From assembly GCA_044892505.1 (NCBI GenBank), contig CM097882.1, positions 545,290,001 to 545,354,000 on the forward strand: a DNA stretch of 64,000 nt, read 5' to 3'. The stretch's first letter is position 1; the number at the start of each line of letters is the position of its first letter. Positions 26,801 through 38,731 of the stretch are shown piece by piece. The notes below the pieces were generated by a model. It saw nothing but the letters and a program-made list of their open reading frames with translations. It did not search any database and was not told the origin of the DNA. The stretch is from Schmidtea nova. Lineage: Eukaryota. The position numbers were made by a program, and so were the translations under genes.

Positions 26801-27795
26801 ATTAGCTAATCTTTACTACTCATTATGGGTTTCTCTTTTCTATGGCTTCATGAATTATATCAATTCACTTTAATAAATAAATTTTCTCAAATCTCAAGAT
26901 ATATATTTTAAAAATATTAATATAATCAATATTTTCATTTTTCACAATTAACTTTAATAATTTCACTTATTTATAAACTATTTTCACGATCTTCTTTTCA
27001 ATTGCCTCTCACCAACTATAATCACGTCGGTATATGGCACAAATACTTTTATTCAAAGGTTTTTCACCAACCTTTGATTAAGTCAGGCTAATCAAAATTT
27101 GTTGGGTTATTGGGTTATTGGGTTGTTGGTGAAATTTAAAATTTACCAATTAATTCTCTGACCCCAAAGCGTGCTTTATTTGACTAAAAAAATAACTGTT
27201 TTCAGACAATATTAACCTTTATTGATTATCACATTTGGCTATACAAATTACAATGACATGTCCAATTCAATACCACAACAGGAAATTATACAGCGCTTAT
27301 TGCAACACTTCGTGAGGAATAGCACTATTGTATAATACCTAAATTTTAACAATCACTGACCATTGAGTTGGATTCAACAATTGGAAAATTGTCTTGCTCC
27401 GACTTGGAAAGTTATTCAATAGGATTAGACTCTTCTCATTCAATTGATGCTTGTTTTGCTACGAGTAGGTAGATGTGTGGAGTCAAACACAAAGAAATGC
27501 GTGGGCGTAAAAATTCAAACAAAGACTTTTTTGTTACCAAGCCCCCCCATGAAGGGTTTCAAATTTTTTTTCGCGCCAAAAATATTTTTCAAATTTTGTT
27601 TTCGCGCCAAAAAAATTTTTAAAATTTTTTAGCGCCAAATTTTTTTTTTCAAATTTTTTTAACACAAATTTTTTTAACACAAATATGAGTCATCAAAGAC
27701 ATTGCAATCCATGTGCAATATGAATAAAGACATTGCAATCCATGTGCAATATGAACAAAGACATTGAAATTACAAAGACAAAGGCAAATTAAAAT

Positions 27796-28440
27796 TTATT
27801 TATAAATATATTGTTGTGTGCGTGTACAAAATTTCGATTCAAAATTATTAACATCTAAATTATTATTACTCGGAATATTATTCATTGTAATATTATTCAT
27901 CGGTATATTATTTTTAGGAATATTATTCTTTGGAATATTAGATACTTTCTCTAATCGTATCGACGTTGATAATATCAAGATAATTATTAATATAAATAAA
28001 CTTATATAATGTAATACTATGGTTGTTTTTTCATTTGCAACTGTTTGATTCTGGTATTTGACTTCATATTGTTTTTTAACAAATGTTTGATTCGTACATT
28101 TTAAACTTTCAACAAATTTCATCATCATTTTCATAATTATTTTTTCCATTTCATTATTGATCAAATCATTTTTGGAAGGACATTGAACACATTGTAATTT
28201 TATTTTGCTAATAATTTTTTCAATATCATTATTAATCAAATTATTTTTCGAAGGACATTGATCACATTGTAATTTTATTTGACTGCATTCAGTGTTTGAG
28301 TAAACACATATTTCTTTATAACTCGCGCAAGTACTATCTTGTCTTCTAAACGGATGGGATGATTGACAATCTTCCAAAGCTTGTTCTCCTTCAGTATTGT
28401 GAACACATAATAATAATAAAATAACTATATTTAATTTCAT
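27796..28440 (-). CDS. Orphan predicted type I membrane protein, 214 aa
   Basis: Signal-like MKLNIVILLLLCVHNTEG, Cys-rich ectodomain with duplicated LQCxQCPSKNxLINN, TM IVLHYISLFILIIILILST, and cytoplasmic NNIPK repeats. Intact ATG-to-stop ORF. Confidence 0.55.
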   Translation of the reverse strand: MKLNIVILLLLCVHNTEGEQALEDCQSSHPFRRQDSTCASYKEICVYSNTECSQIKLQCDQCPSKNNLINNDIEKIISKIKLQCVQCPSKNDLINNEMEKIIMKMMMKFVESLKCTNQTFVKKQYEVKYQNQTVANEKTTIVLHYISLFILIIILILSTSIRLEKVSNIPKNNIPKNNIPMNNITMNNIPSNNNLDVNNFESKFCTRTQQYIYK

Positions 28441-28734
28441 TTTAAAAACACAAAACTAATATAAAAACTAAAATTATTCATACTAAAATATTTATTAAAT
28501 AACAATTATGCGTATCTTGCATTGTCAACTCTCCAAATTGGAGTATAACATCCTTTTTATCAATCTTGTATCCTTGAATAATTATCGTAACGAACCAGTG
28601 TTCTTGATCCACGAATTTGATAGTTTGAAAAGCATCATGGAACCGAGTTTTTCTGTTATTGATGTACATGGTTTCTTTACAAATTAAATTAACATTGATC
28701 TTTGAAAATAATCTAAATATAATTTCATTTGTTA

Positions 28735-28736
28735 TT

Positions 28737-28812
<76 letters not shown>
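28735..28812. repeat. (CT)n(TA)n microsatellite
   Basis: Direct reading of the sequence. Confidence 0.9.
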
Positions 28813-28815
<3 letters not shown>

Positions 28816-28845
28816 CTTTATTAATAATTTTTAAAAGAAAACCAC

Positions 28846-29349
28846 TTAATAACTTATTTTTAATAAAATAAAATAAAATAAATAACTACTTATAACTTTA
28901 ATAAAACTATTTAAAAAATAAAACTTATTATAAAATAACTTAAACACAACAAGATATTGAACATTTAAATTACGGGTTCGATGACTACCGCCCTGATGAA
29001 ATAAATTCTGATTTATAAAAATAACTGTAACACCTTTGTGTCTACTGATTTTTGTAAATAAATTATTGAAATCCTTCTCTTTATTTGCTTCTTGATACAA
29101 GTCATCAATGATAATCACATCACCTTGTTGTAATCTAGATGACCAGTTTTTATCGAAACCTTTTATAATTGTCATTTTTATTTTACAAAATTGATCTTGA
29201 GTCATTCCATGCTCGTCGTCAGCACCCCTATGCCAATAAATTTTATTGAATTTATATTTGAATAATTTAGATTGCAATAATTTACAAACAAATAAAGTTT
29301 TTCCACTCCCGCTCGAACCAACAATTTGAAACACTGCATCATTTTGAAA
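28846..29349 (-). pseudogene. Polinton-type genome-packaging ATPase (A32/FtsK-like), truncated
   Basis: Walker A GSSGSGKT, Walker B IIIDD, LFTKISRH, VIFINQN and LNVQYLVVFK, then loss of homology. No in-frame ATG. Confidence 0.8.
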
Positions 29350-29989
29350 TTTTTTAATTAATTTTTATTATTTTTAGAATTTATTGACAATCAACAAAGA
29401 ATTAATTGAATATTTATTTATTTAATCCTTTAAATTAACAGAGTGAAGAATTAATTTGAACATGTAATAAGAAGTACCAAAAAATATTTCATTAGTTGCG
29501 TATCTAATCATTTTAATAGGATTACCTAGTTAACAGGGTTTTTCTAATGGTTTTTAAATTAATTATACATGTTAGTTATCAAGTGAAGAATTAGATGAAT
29601 AATGATTTCAATAGAGCTTTGGATTAAAAGTCATTTGTATTTTAAATATATTCAAAATTTAAAGAACTTTAATTTAAAAAAAAATATTTCATTTTAACAA
29701 CGTAGATATTAGTATACCTTTTTAAAAACTGATAATCAACTAAAGATTAATTCAATTATTCAAAGTAATAAATTTTATTTTATGACACGACATTTAGAAT
29801 CAGTTAGTTTTAAATATCATATCTAGTTAATGCGAAGAGTTAATTGATACGTGGAACAATTTCCTTAGAGTGAAGATTTATTTGTTTAATATATAGAGTC
29901 AGTTGGTATCCGATTAGTTGATTTAACTAGTAGATTGTGGATAGAATCAATTGATATTTAATAATTAACTAGTCTGTTATTGATTTATG

Positions 29990-30900
29990 AATAGAGTTAG
30001 TTGGTTAATGTATAGAACTAGTTGGTTAATGTATAGAAGTAGTTGGTAAGTACTTGGATCACTAGTGAGTAGAGTGAGTGGCAGGTTGGTTAGTATAGGA
30101 TTAATGAATAGAACTAGTTGGTTAATGAGAAGAGTTAGTTGGGAAGTAAGGAATTGGTTGATAGTTAGAGTGTTTAGTTTGTTAGTTGGTTAATGTAGTT
30201 GGTTGGTTGGTACAAGAATAATGAATAGAACTTGTTGGTTGATGAATAGAACTAGTTGGTTAGTAAGAGATTAGTTGCTGGTTAGTATGTATAGCTAGTT
30301 AGTTGGTTGGTAGATTGATAGGTATAAGATTAATGTATAGAACTAGTTGGTTGATGTATATAACTAGTTGGTTAGTAAGGAATTGATTGCTGGTTAGTAT
30401 GTATAGCTAGTTAGTTGGTTAGTGTCGTTGGCTGGTAGATTGATAGGTATAAGAATTATGTATAGAACTAGTTGGTTGATGTATATAACTAGTTGATTAG
30501 TAAGGAATTGATTGCTGGTTAGTATGTATAGTTAGTTAGTTGGTTGGTTAGTAGACTGATAGGTATAAGATTAATGGATAGAACTAGTTGGTTGATGAAT
30601 AGAACTAGTTGGTTAGTAAGAGATTAGTTGCTGGTTAGTATGTATAGCTAGTTAGTTGGTTAGTGTCGTTGGTTGGTAGATTGATAGGTATAAGAATTAT
30701 GTATAGAACTAGTTGGTTGATGTATATAACTAGTTGGTTAGTAAGGAATTGATTGCTGGTTAGTGTGTAAAGAGTGAGTGGCTGGTTGGTTAGTATAGAA
30801 TTAGTATAGAAATAGTTGGTTAATGAGAAGAGTTAGTTGGGAAGTAAGGAATTGATTGCTGGTTAGTATGTATAGTTAGTTAGTTGGTTAGTATAGATAA
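29990..30900. repeat. Strand-asymmetric G/T-rich minisatellite with ~241-bp higher-order period
   Basis: GCTGGTTAGT landmarks at 30277, 30389, 30514, 30630, 30755 and 30858; built from ACTAGTTGGTT units. Confidence 0.8.
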
Positions 30901-31176
30901 AGTTAGTAAGTAAGGAATTGTACTATTTGTTAACTAAGGGGATTGGATTAATTGATATATAGGCAATAGGAAGAGATTGACACATGGAACAATTTCCTAG
31001 TTGGTTCATACATAGAGTCAGTTGGTAACTAGAAAGTAACTAGTCTATTGTTGATTTGTGGATAGTCAGTTGGCATTTGATCAGTTACTAGTCAGTGGTT
31101 TATTTGTGTGTGTAATGAGATTATTAGTTAGTTGATTGGTTTATTGTTGGTACTTAGATTGATTGATAGACGTTAC

Positions 31177-31211
<35 letters not shown>

Positions 31212-32039
31212 TACTTGTTCCCATATTTTCAATTATTACGTTTATTTTTAAAAATTTATGTCAATAATCGATATATTTTAACTTAGTATACAAAATTGTA
31301 ACAACTCTTGTTTAATAACTATTTTTATTCTAAATAAATTCAATATTTACATGTGTTTTATTTACTACATTTACTTGTTGTTATTTGATCATTTCCTTAA
31401 AAAACATCATATTAAAAACAATTAGATTTGTATTTTATTAGTTAAAAATTTTACTTGTGAAAAATATTTACTTGCGAAAAAATATTTACTTTGTATTTAT
31501 TAATTAAAAAAAAAATTTCTACATTGATTTTATTGATAAAAAATTCTACATTGACTTTATTGTTAAAAAAATTTACTTTAAAAAATTTCAAAAATAATTA
31601 ATTATTCTCACATTTTTCAAATATTACCTTAAAAAGTTCATTTAAAACCAATTCATTTTAAAATTATGACATTAAAACTCAGGTCTTTCTTAATTTACAT
31701 TTTTATTCTTAATTTACTTATAATTCTATTTATCTTTAAATTCATAATTATTTTTAAAATTCTATCTTTAATTTATTTACTTTACCATTTTTCATAAATC
31801 CAGTACAAATTATTTTAAAACTCTAACTTTAATTTACTTATTATTTCCATGCTTTTATTTAATGTACCATTTTACTTGATAAATTCAATACAAAATAATG
31901 AGTGAATTATTTACTGAGTTTTGAAATTCGTATAGAATTTATTTACTTTTTTATTTAATTATCATAAATTTATTTAGATTTAATTATTTAGTTTAAAAAA
32001 TTTTTAAATATTTCCACGTTTTTAAGTATTTTACCCTTT

Positions 32040-32620
32040 TTTACTGAGACTGACATTTCCGTTATAAAATTTTGATTTTTTTTTCATGATTTTAATTTTT
32101 TGACCTTTATTGTTCGCTTTTCAATTTTCAGTAGATTGGTATAAAAATTATTTGATTCTGATCATTTTTGATTTTTTGATTTTTCCCCGAGTTGACCCCC
32201 TTCGGATAAGTCAAAATTTTCATGTTTTTACTTTTTGACCCTATTTTGTTCGCCATTCGATTCTCAGTAGATTGGTATAAAAATTTTTGAATTCTGAGCA
32301 TTTTTGATTTTTGGAATTTCCCCGAGTTGACCCTTTTTACATGTAAAAATTGATCGGATAAGTCTTAATTTTCAGGTTTTACTTTTTGACCCTTTTTTGT
32401 TTGCCTTTCAATTCTCAGTAGATTGGTATAAAAAAATTATTTGATTCTGAGCATTTTTGATTTTTGGAATTTCCCCGAGTTGACCCTTTTTACATGTAAA
32501 AATTGATCGGATGAGATCAATTTTTCATGTTTTTTAATTTTTGACCATTTTTGTTTGCCTTTCAATTCTCAGTATATTGATATAAAAATTATTGAATTCT
32601 GACCACTTTTTAATTTTTTG
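32040..32620. repeat. Four diverged ~136-154-bp tandem units
   Basis: CAGTAGATTGGTATAAAAA landmarks at 32129, 32265, 32416 and 32570. Confidence 0.8.
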
Positions 32621-32689
32621 ATTTTCCCCGACCAAAATATTATTTTTAAAAATACCAGACTAAAAATCCTATAAAAAAATACGAGATCA

Positions 32690-33010
32690 AAAATCATATT
32701 CAAAATTACCAGAGTCCCTTTTTGCCCGAGAAAAATCTCGGAGTAGAAATTCCTATTCAAAATAACCAGACTAAAAATTCATGTTCAAAAAATCCAGTGT
32801 TCCTTTTTGCCCGAGAAAATCTCGGAGTTGAAAATCCTATACAAAAATACCAGACCAAAATATTGTATTCAAAAATCCAGATCAAAAATCCTATTCAAAA
32901 ATTCCTGTACAAAAAACCCAGAGTCCCTTTTTGCCCTAGAAAATCACGGAGTAGAAAATCCTATACAAAATAACCAGAGTAAAAATCCTTTACAAAATAA
33001 CCAGATCAAA
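32690..33010. repeat. Three diverged ~90-120-bp tandem units
   Basis: Repeated CCCTTTTTGCCCGAGAAAATCTCGGAGT...AAAATCC...ACCAGA. Confidence 0.7.
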
Positions 33011-33899
33011 AAATAAATTTAAATAAATTAAATAAAAATTAATTTAAAATAAATAAATTAAAATAAAATTAATTAAATTAAAATTAATAAANNNNNNNNN
33101 NNNNNNNNNNNNNNNNNNNNNNNNNNNNNNNNNNNNNNNNNNNNNNNNNNNNNNNNNNNNNNNNNNNNNNNNNNNNNNNNNNNNNNNNNNNNNNNNNNNN
33201 NNNNNNNNNNNNNNNNNNNNNNNNNNATATAAAAANNNNNNNNNNNNNNNNNNNNNNNNNNNNNNNNNNNNNNNNNNNNNNNNNNNNNNNNNNNNNNNNN
33301 NNNNNNNNNNNNNNNNNNNNNNNNNNNNNNNNNNNNNNNNNNNNNNNNNNNNNNNNNNNNNNNNNNNNNNNNNNNNNNNNNNNNNNNNNNNNNNNNNNNN
33401 NNNNNNNNNNNNNNNNNNNNNNNNNNNNNNNNNNNNNNNNNNNNNNNNNNNNNNNNNNNNNNNNNNNNNNNNNNNNNNNNNNNNNNNNNNNNNNNNNNNN
33501 NNNNNNNNNNNNNNNNNNNNNNNNNNNNNNNNNNNNNNNNNNNNNNNNNNNNNAATTAAAAATTTAAAAATTCACTTCATTTAAACAAAATTAAAAATTT
33601 AAAAATTCACTTCATTTAAACAAAATTAAAAATCAAAAAAAAATTTTTTTAGGGGGGGTAAAAAATTTTTTTTTGGGGGCTAAAATTTTTTTAGGGGGTC
33701 TGTTTCTGTTCTTGGGCGCTCCCCCTACTCTACTATTGAGTATCACAACTATTTTCATTTTACACTGAAGTGCCCAAATTCAACAAGCAACAACTGATTA
33801 TACAGTGCTTATTACAACATGGTGGTGAAGAATAGCACCCGTGTATAATCTTGGTTTAAACAATCACTCACCACTGAGGGGTATAACAATTGGTAATTT

Positions 33900-35150
33900 G
33901 ACTGGTTGCTTTCTTTATTTGACTTGGATTTTCGCCGAACTTTACTCGATTATCAACTGAAAAGGTTTCTGCTGTCTATCGCTTTGTTTCTGATTCTGCT
34001 TTTTACTCTTCTTAATTTTCCTTTAAGTTTTCTGCTTCGAATTTCTTCACAATTCTCTTCAATTTCTCCAAATACTTATCTTTGTTCTGACTTCTGTTTC
34101 CTCTGGTTTTGATCGTCTGTTCCACGTATTTTTTGCAATTATTCTGTCTCTAAACTATTTTCTAATATTCTGTCCAACAATGTTCTCTCCAACAAATAAT
34201 AATCAATTTTAATGTATTTTTGGAAAGTTGGCATCGAGACATAAGTTATCGTTTTCTCCTGATTATCGCATAATCTTAAAGTCATCCTTTTATTTAAATT
34301 TTCTACTGTCTTGTGATATAGACTATTGCTGTGCGCCTTATTATAGTTTTCATTCAAACTATTTATTTTTAAAGTTTTCAATTTAGTTTAGAATCAACAT
34401 AATTTTTGAAAATTTGGTCTTGCCTAAATTTAATAGCTCGATTAACTTGGGTAACTTGTACAGCTAGCAATAAATATATTTTGAGTAATCGACAAAGGAC
34501 TACATAATTTTTCTTTGGGCAATGTGTTTATAGTAATTTTCCACTTTTGATACACGTTTATTTTCTGATGTTTTTGAGAAATATTCAAGTAAGTTATGAA
34601 TTTCATTGGCTATTTTTATATCGACTTTAATAGTATAACCATAAGGAAGCTTTTTAAAGTCTGAACTTCTACATTCTTACAATATATTATTCAAATATGA
34701 ATGAACCATAACTGAAATTTTTACAAGGAAAACTTTGACTTAAAGTCCTTTAATAAAGGTTATTAATGTTGATGCGCAATAACTCTGTATCTTTTGTAGT
34801 TTTATGTAAATTTTATTGACATAAGTCAAGCCACTTTGAATTTTCTCTTCTTAAAAATCATACATCTTCAATTCTTGTATATTATTTACATAGGCTTTTA
34901 AAATGTCGTTAGAGCCGATGCACATGACATACCGAGAATTCTAAAGAAATTTAATCGGTTATATGCTAGAGACTTGGATCGATATTGTTGAAAGAAATCA
35001 GCAAATAGAAATACATAAAATTTCAGAAAAATCATCATATATTTCCCTTCACGAGTTCCTTGTAATATTTGTTGAGCTTCTTGATATTCCTTTTTATTGA
35101 CATCTTTTACACAATAGGATGAAATGACACACAAATATTTTTATTATGGC
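33900..35150 (-). mobile_element. Highly decayed gypsy-like pol remnant
   Basis: Frameshifted ADFF.TID..S.AYN.L and GMSCAS..TF.K.M resemble RT motifs; many stops. Confidence 0.3.
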
Positions 35151-35208
35151 AATTTTTTTAAATTGAAAAATATAAAAATTATTATATAATTATTATTACA
35201 GCTTAAAT

Positions 35209-38091
35209 CAGGGGTGGGCAAACTTTTTACACCTGAAGGCCAATTTACGTTCATTAAAAACTTCCAAGGCCGCAAAACAATTGTATAATGTACTTTTTAG
35301 TTTGTTATTCATATCGCAAGGAAATTCAACAACTGCCTACAATAACACATCAAAACAAGTCAGAATTATTCTGTGATAGGAGAGAAAACAGACCAAATGG
35401 ATACTGAAAATGTACATTAATGGCTCTTGTGAGCTTGTATGTTAGTGGAGAGAGCATAATAACATGGTACGAAGCTGGTAGTCTTTAAGAGCACCTGGTC
35501 CTCTAAATGACCGTCAGTGAGAGCAATACGATGACAATTTTTAATGTAATTCATGTGTGAAAATGTGCTTTCACATATATATGTACTGCCAAAACAGGTC
35601 AAAATTCGGCGAGCATGATTGCGTAGATTTGGATACTGAAAGGCACCATGCCAGAATGAAACCAAATCGACAGGTGCACGAGACAGAACGCTTCGAGAAT
35701 TTGCATCCTCACACAGTTCCAAAATCTCCATTTGATACATCTCAGACACTGTTTCTGGCTGTAACAAGTGCGGCTCAGACACGAGGCGCAAGTCATTTTC
35801 ATGGTTTCGAAAGTCATGAAATCGCATTTCAAACTCTTGAATTAGTGTACTGAAAACATCAGTGAACTCCTCGTAGGTCACCTCTTCTGTGGGATGGGCG
35901 ATGGCGAAATCCCGAAGTAGGGGAAAGTGTTCTGTCAGTTGTTTCTGGGTAAACTTTGCATGGAAGAGTTTCAATTTACGCAGGAACACTTTGATGAATC
36001 GCCACAGGTCACAAACATTTTGGCCTTTACCTTGAAGTTGAGTGTTCAAGCCATTCAAATGATCCAGAAGATCTGCAAGGAACGCAAGCTTCTGACAGAA
36101 GGAAGGATTATTCAACTTACATTCCAAGCCTTTCGAAGAGTAGAATTCCTTTATATTGTTTTGCAGTTCATAGACTCTCTTGATGACAGCTCCCTTGGAT
36201 AACCAACGAACATTCGAATAGTAGAGAACATCTTCCTTATCAGTAGAATTATCATCCACAAGTAGCTGCCGGAATTGTCTGTGGTTAAGTGCACGGGAAC
36301 GTATGAAATTCACAATAGAGATTGTTTCCTCCATAATATTGTCTAATGTTACAGACTTTGCACACAGCGCCTCTTGATGAATGATGCAATGTAGTGACAT
36401 TAAGGTTGGTAAATGTGGCCATTGAGATCGTAGCTGCTTTGTCAGAAGTGCGACAAATCCTCCAGTGCTGCCAATCATAGCGGGTGCGCCATCAGTGCAC
36501 ACGGAAACCAGCTTGGCCAGGTCCAATTGTTTTTCTTCGCATACTTTATTGAATTGGGCAAGAATGTCAGGTGCACGTGTGGTTGACTTCATACTAATCA
36601 CAGCCAATAATTCTTCATGGACTTGGAATGACGACGTTGTAGCACGGATATAGATAAGTAATTGTGAGGTGTCGGAAGCATCACACGATTCGTCGAGTGC
36701 CATAGAGAACAGTACATCTGGTTGTTTACAGACCTCATCAAGTTGTCGTCTAATATCAACTGCTAGCTCTTCTTGACGTCTTACTATCGTCCGTCGAGAC
36801 AAAGGCAATTCCTTGTACTTTTGAATTTGAAATGGTTCAAGGCACTGCACCACTTCCAGAAGACATGTTTTAAATAATTCCACATCAGAATAAGGCTTCC
36901 CTGCAGCACCAAGTTGGAATGCAACACGGTAAGTTGCCTCCACCGCTGGATTGTGACCACTTGACTTGAACGTGGAAAACAATCCCGCTTCTTTTGCATG
37001 ATTACTATTCAGTGCATCGTAGGCTTGCTTCCTTGCTTCACCTTTGTGCGGAAAAATATAAAACATTTACAAGTTATTTATGCCCATACAATAGCAACCA
37101 CTGCCTCACCTTCTAGTGTCATGTACTTCATATACGACTTGCAGCTCTCATAATGTTGTTTCGCATTAGATCGTTTCAATGTTTTTATTTGTTGTTTGCA
37201 TCTCAGACACATCATTGTGCTGTCATTGTTAGACATGTAGAAATCCAACTTCCATTCTTCACTGAATTGTCGATTCTCACTCTCCAATGTTCTGGATTTC
37301 TTACATAGAGGTGGTTTCGGCATGGAAAGAACAAAGGATGATGAGCTGCAAAGAAGGAATATAACAAATTGTCAATACTCAATTAATTATTTGTTAATCA
37401 ATTGATTATACTGAATAAGAGTACATGAGAAGTCAATAGCAAGCATGATCTGCCTGTCATTATGATAGAACGCTGTAATCCCAATAGACAAGAAAATACG
37501 TCTCAATAGAACTTACGTATGCTCGGCAGCTTCACTCAACAAATAATGATTTGAAATGAAAAATGGCAGCTGTTATCACGCGACTGAGTGTTAACCAATA
37601 ATAGATAAGCTACCACGCAATCTGACAACGAATAACAATACTTCACACTCTCCTGTTTTCACACCCACGTATAGATATTTAACCACACTAGTATATGTGT
37701 GTACGGGTATTGCCTTTCCTTATTGACTAGCCCAACTGCTTTTGTCAATGACTCTTTATATGGCAAACAACTAATTCTTCTTGCTCACGAATGTAATGTA
37801 ATTTATACCCACAATTTCTTATGAGTGTTACAGAGACCAATTCGTTATGATAGCAAAGAATATATTGTCTTTGAAGGCGTGTAGGCTACTATTGAATGGT
37901 GATAACTTTGAAATGAATGAGATGACCAACTGATAAAAGTTTAATGAACGATTTTAATTAACGATAATATACGAAATCCCTTATAAAGGATTTGAAGGCC
38001 GCAAACATTATACATTTCTAATCGTTCTGAAGGCCGCAAATTTTTTTTTTAGGCCGCATGCGGCCTTTAAGGCCGCACTTGCCCACCCATG
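35209..38091 (-). mobile_element. Apparently complete hAT transposon (Charlie/Buster/SPIN group), 2883 bp
   Basis: TIR CAGGGGTGGGCAA / CATGGGTGGGCAA (12/13), perfect 8-bp TSD GCTTAAAT at 35201-08 and 38092-99, subterminal GGCCGCA repeats. Confidence 0.93.
35417..37323 (-). CDS. hAT transposase, 612 aa after removing a 68-nt intron (exons 37323-37110 and 37041-35417)
   Basis: N-terminal RQF.EEW...CLRC...LKRSNAKQHY zinc finger. A GTGAGG...TTTTCCGCACAAAG intron gives an in-frame LEG|EARKQ junction. Catalytic motifs LDESCD, TDGAPAM, HCIIHQEAL, VRWLS and FGSTYICESTFS are intact. Confidence 0.9.
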
Positions 38092-38320
38092 GCTTAAATT
38101 TTGATGTTTACATAATAAAAATATAAATTTTAAAACACAAAATTCCGTTTATCATTTTTATTTATTATATTACTCAAACATATTAATGTAACATTCTTTG
38201 TTATTTTTTAGCTGTTGAAGAATAATTTGTTTTAGTATTCTTATTTATTTAATAAGTATGATGTGTTTATTTTATTTAAATTATGATTAATTAATAATTG
38301 TAATTAACTAAATTTAATTT

Positions 38321-38731
38321 ATGGAGACTAAAATTCAAAATAATGTGACGTTATCGAGCAATATTAAAGGCTATTTATACAAATGGACTAATTATTTAAA
38401 AGGCTACCAAAAACGTTGGTTCGTCTTACAAAATGGATTATTATCATATTATCGGTATGATTCGAAATTTAATAAAATTTTCATAAAAATAATTTTATAA
38501 TAAATGTTTTTTAAATAAAAACATTAAGAAATCAATCGGAAATGGCACAGATATGCCGAGGGACAATTAACATTGTTAATGCCAAAGTCAATTTAGTTGA
38601 TTCTACATCATTTGTTATCAGTCATAGCAGCATGCAAACGTTTCATTTAAAATCACAAAATGAATCCGAAATGAAACGTTGGACAACAGCTTTGTTAGCT
38701 GCACAAAAAAAGGCACAAGATTTGCGCAAAG
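38321..38731 (+). CDS. OSBP: Oxysterol-binding protein, N-terminal PH domain; exons 38321-38454 and 38529-38731, gene continues downstream
   Basis: [30 protein letters not shown]|[15 protein letters not shown]...[23 protein letters not shown], joined across a 74-nt GT-AG intron. A GT donor follows at 38732. Confidence 0.9.

Larger units (their letters stand above)
27464..33734 (-). mobile_element. Polinton/Maverick-like deleted remnant (boundaries uncertain)
   Basis: Contains a Polinton-type packaging ATPase. The ends AGTAGGTAG... / ...CTACTCTACT loosely resemble AGT-type Polinton termini, with homopolymer-rich subtermini and internal tandem arrays. No matching TSD. Confidence 0.45.

Noticed and set aside
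28478-28669. Polinton DNA polymerase C-terminal fragment
   Set aside because: No convincing pPolB motif in any frame.
27240-33900. Related segments at ~27240-27340 and ~33750-33860 as LTRs of one element around the Polinton-like block
   Set aside because: Similarity is short and diverged, with no TG...CA ends or TSD; more likely separate old repeat copies.
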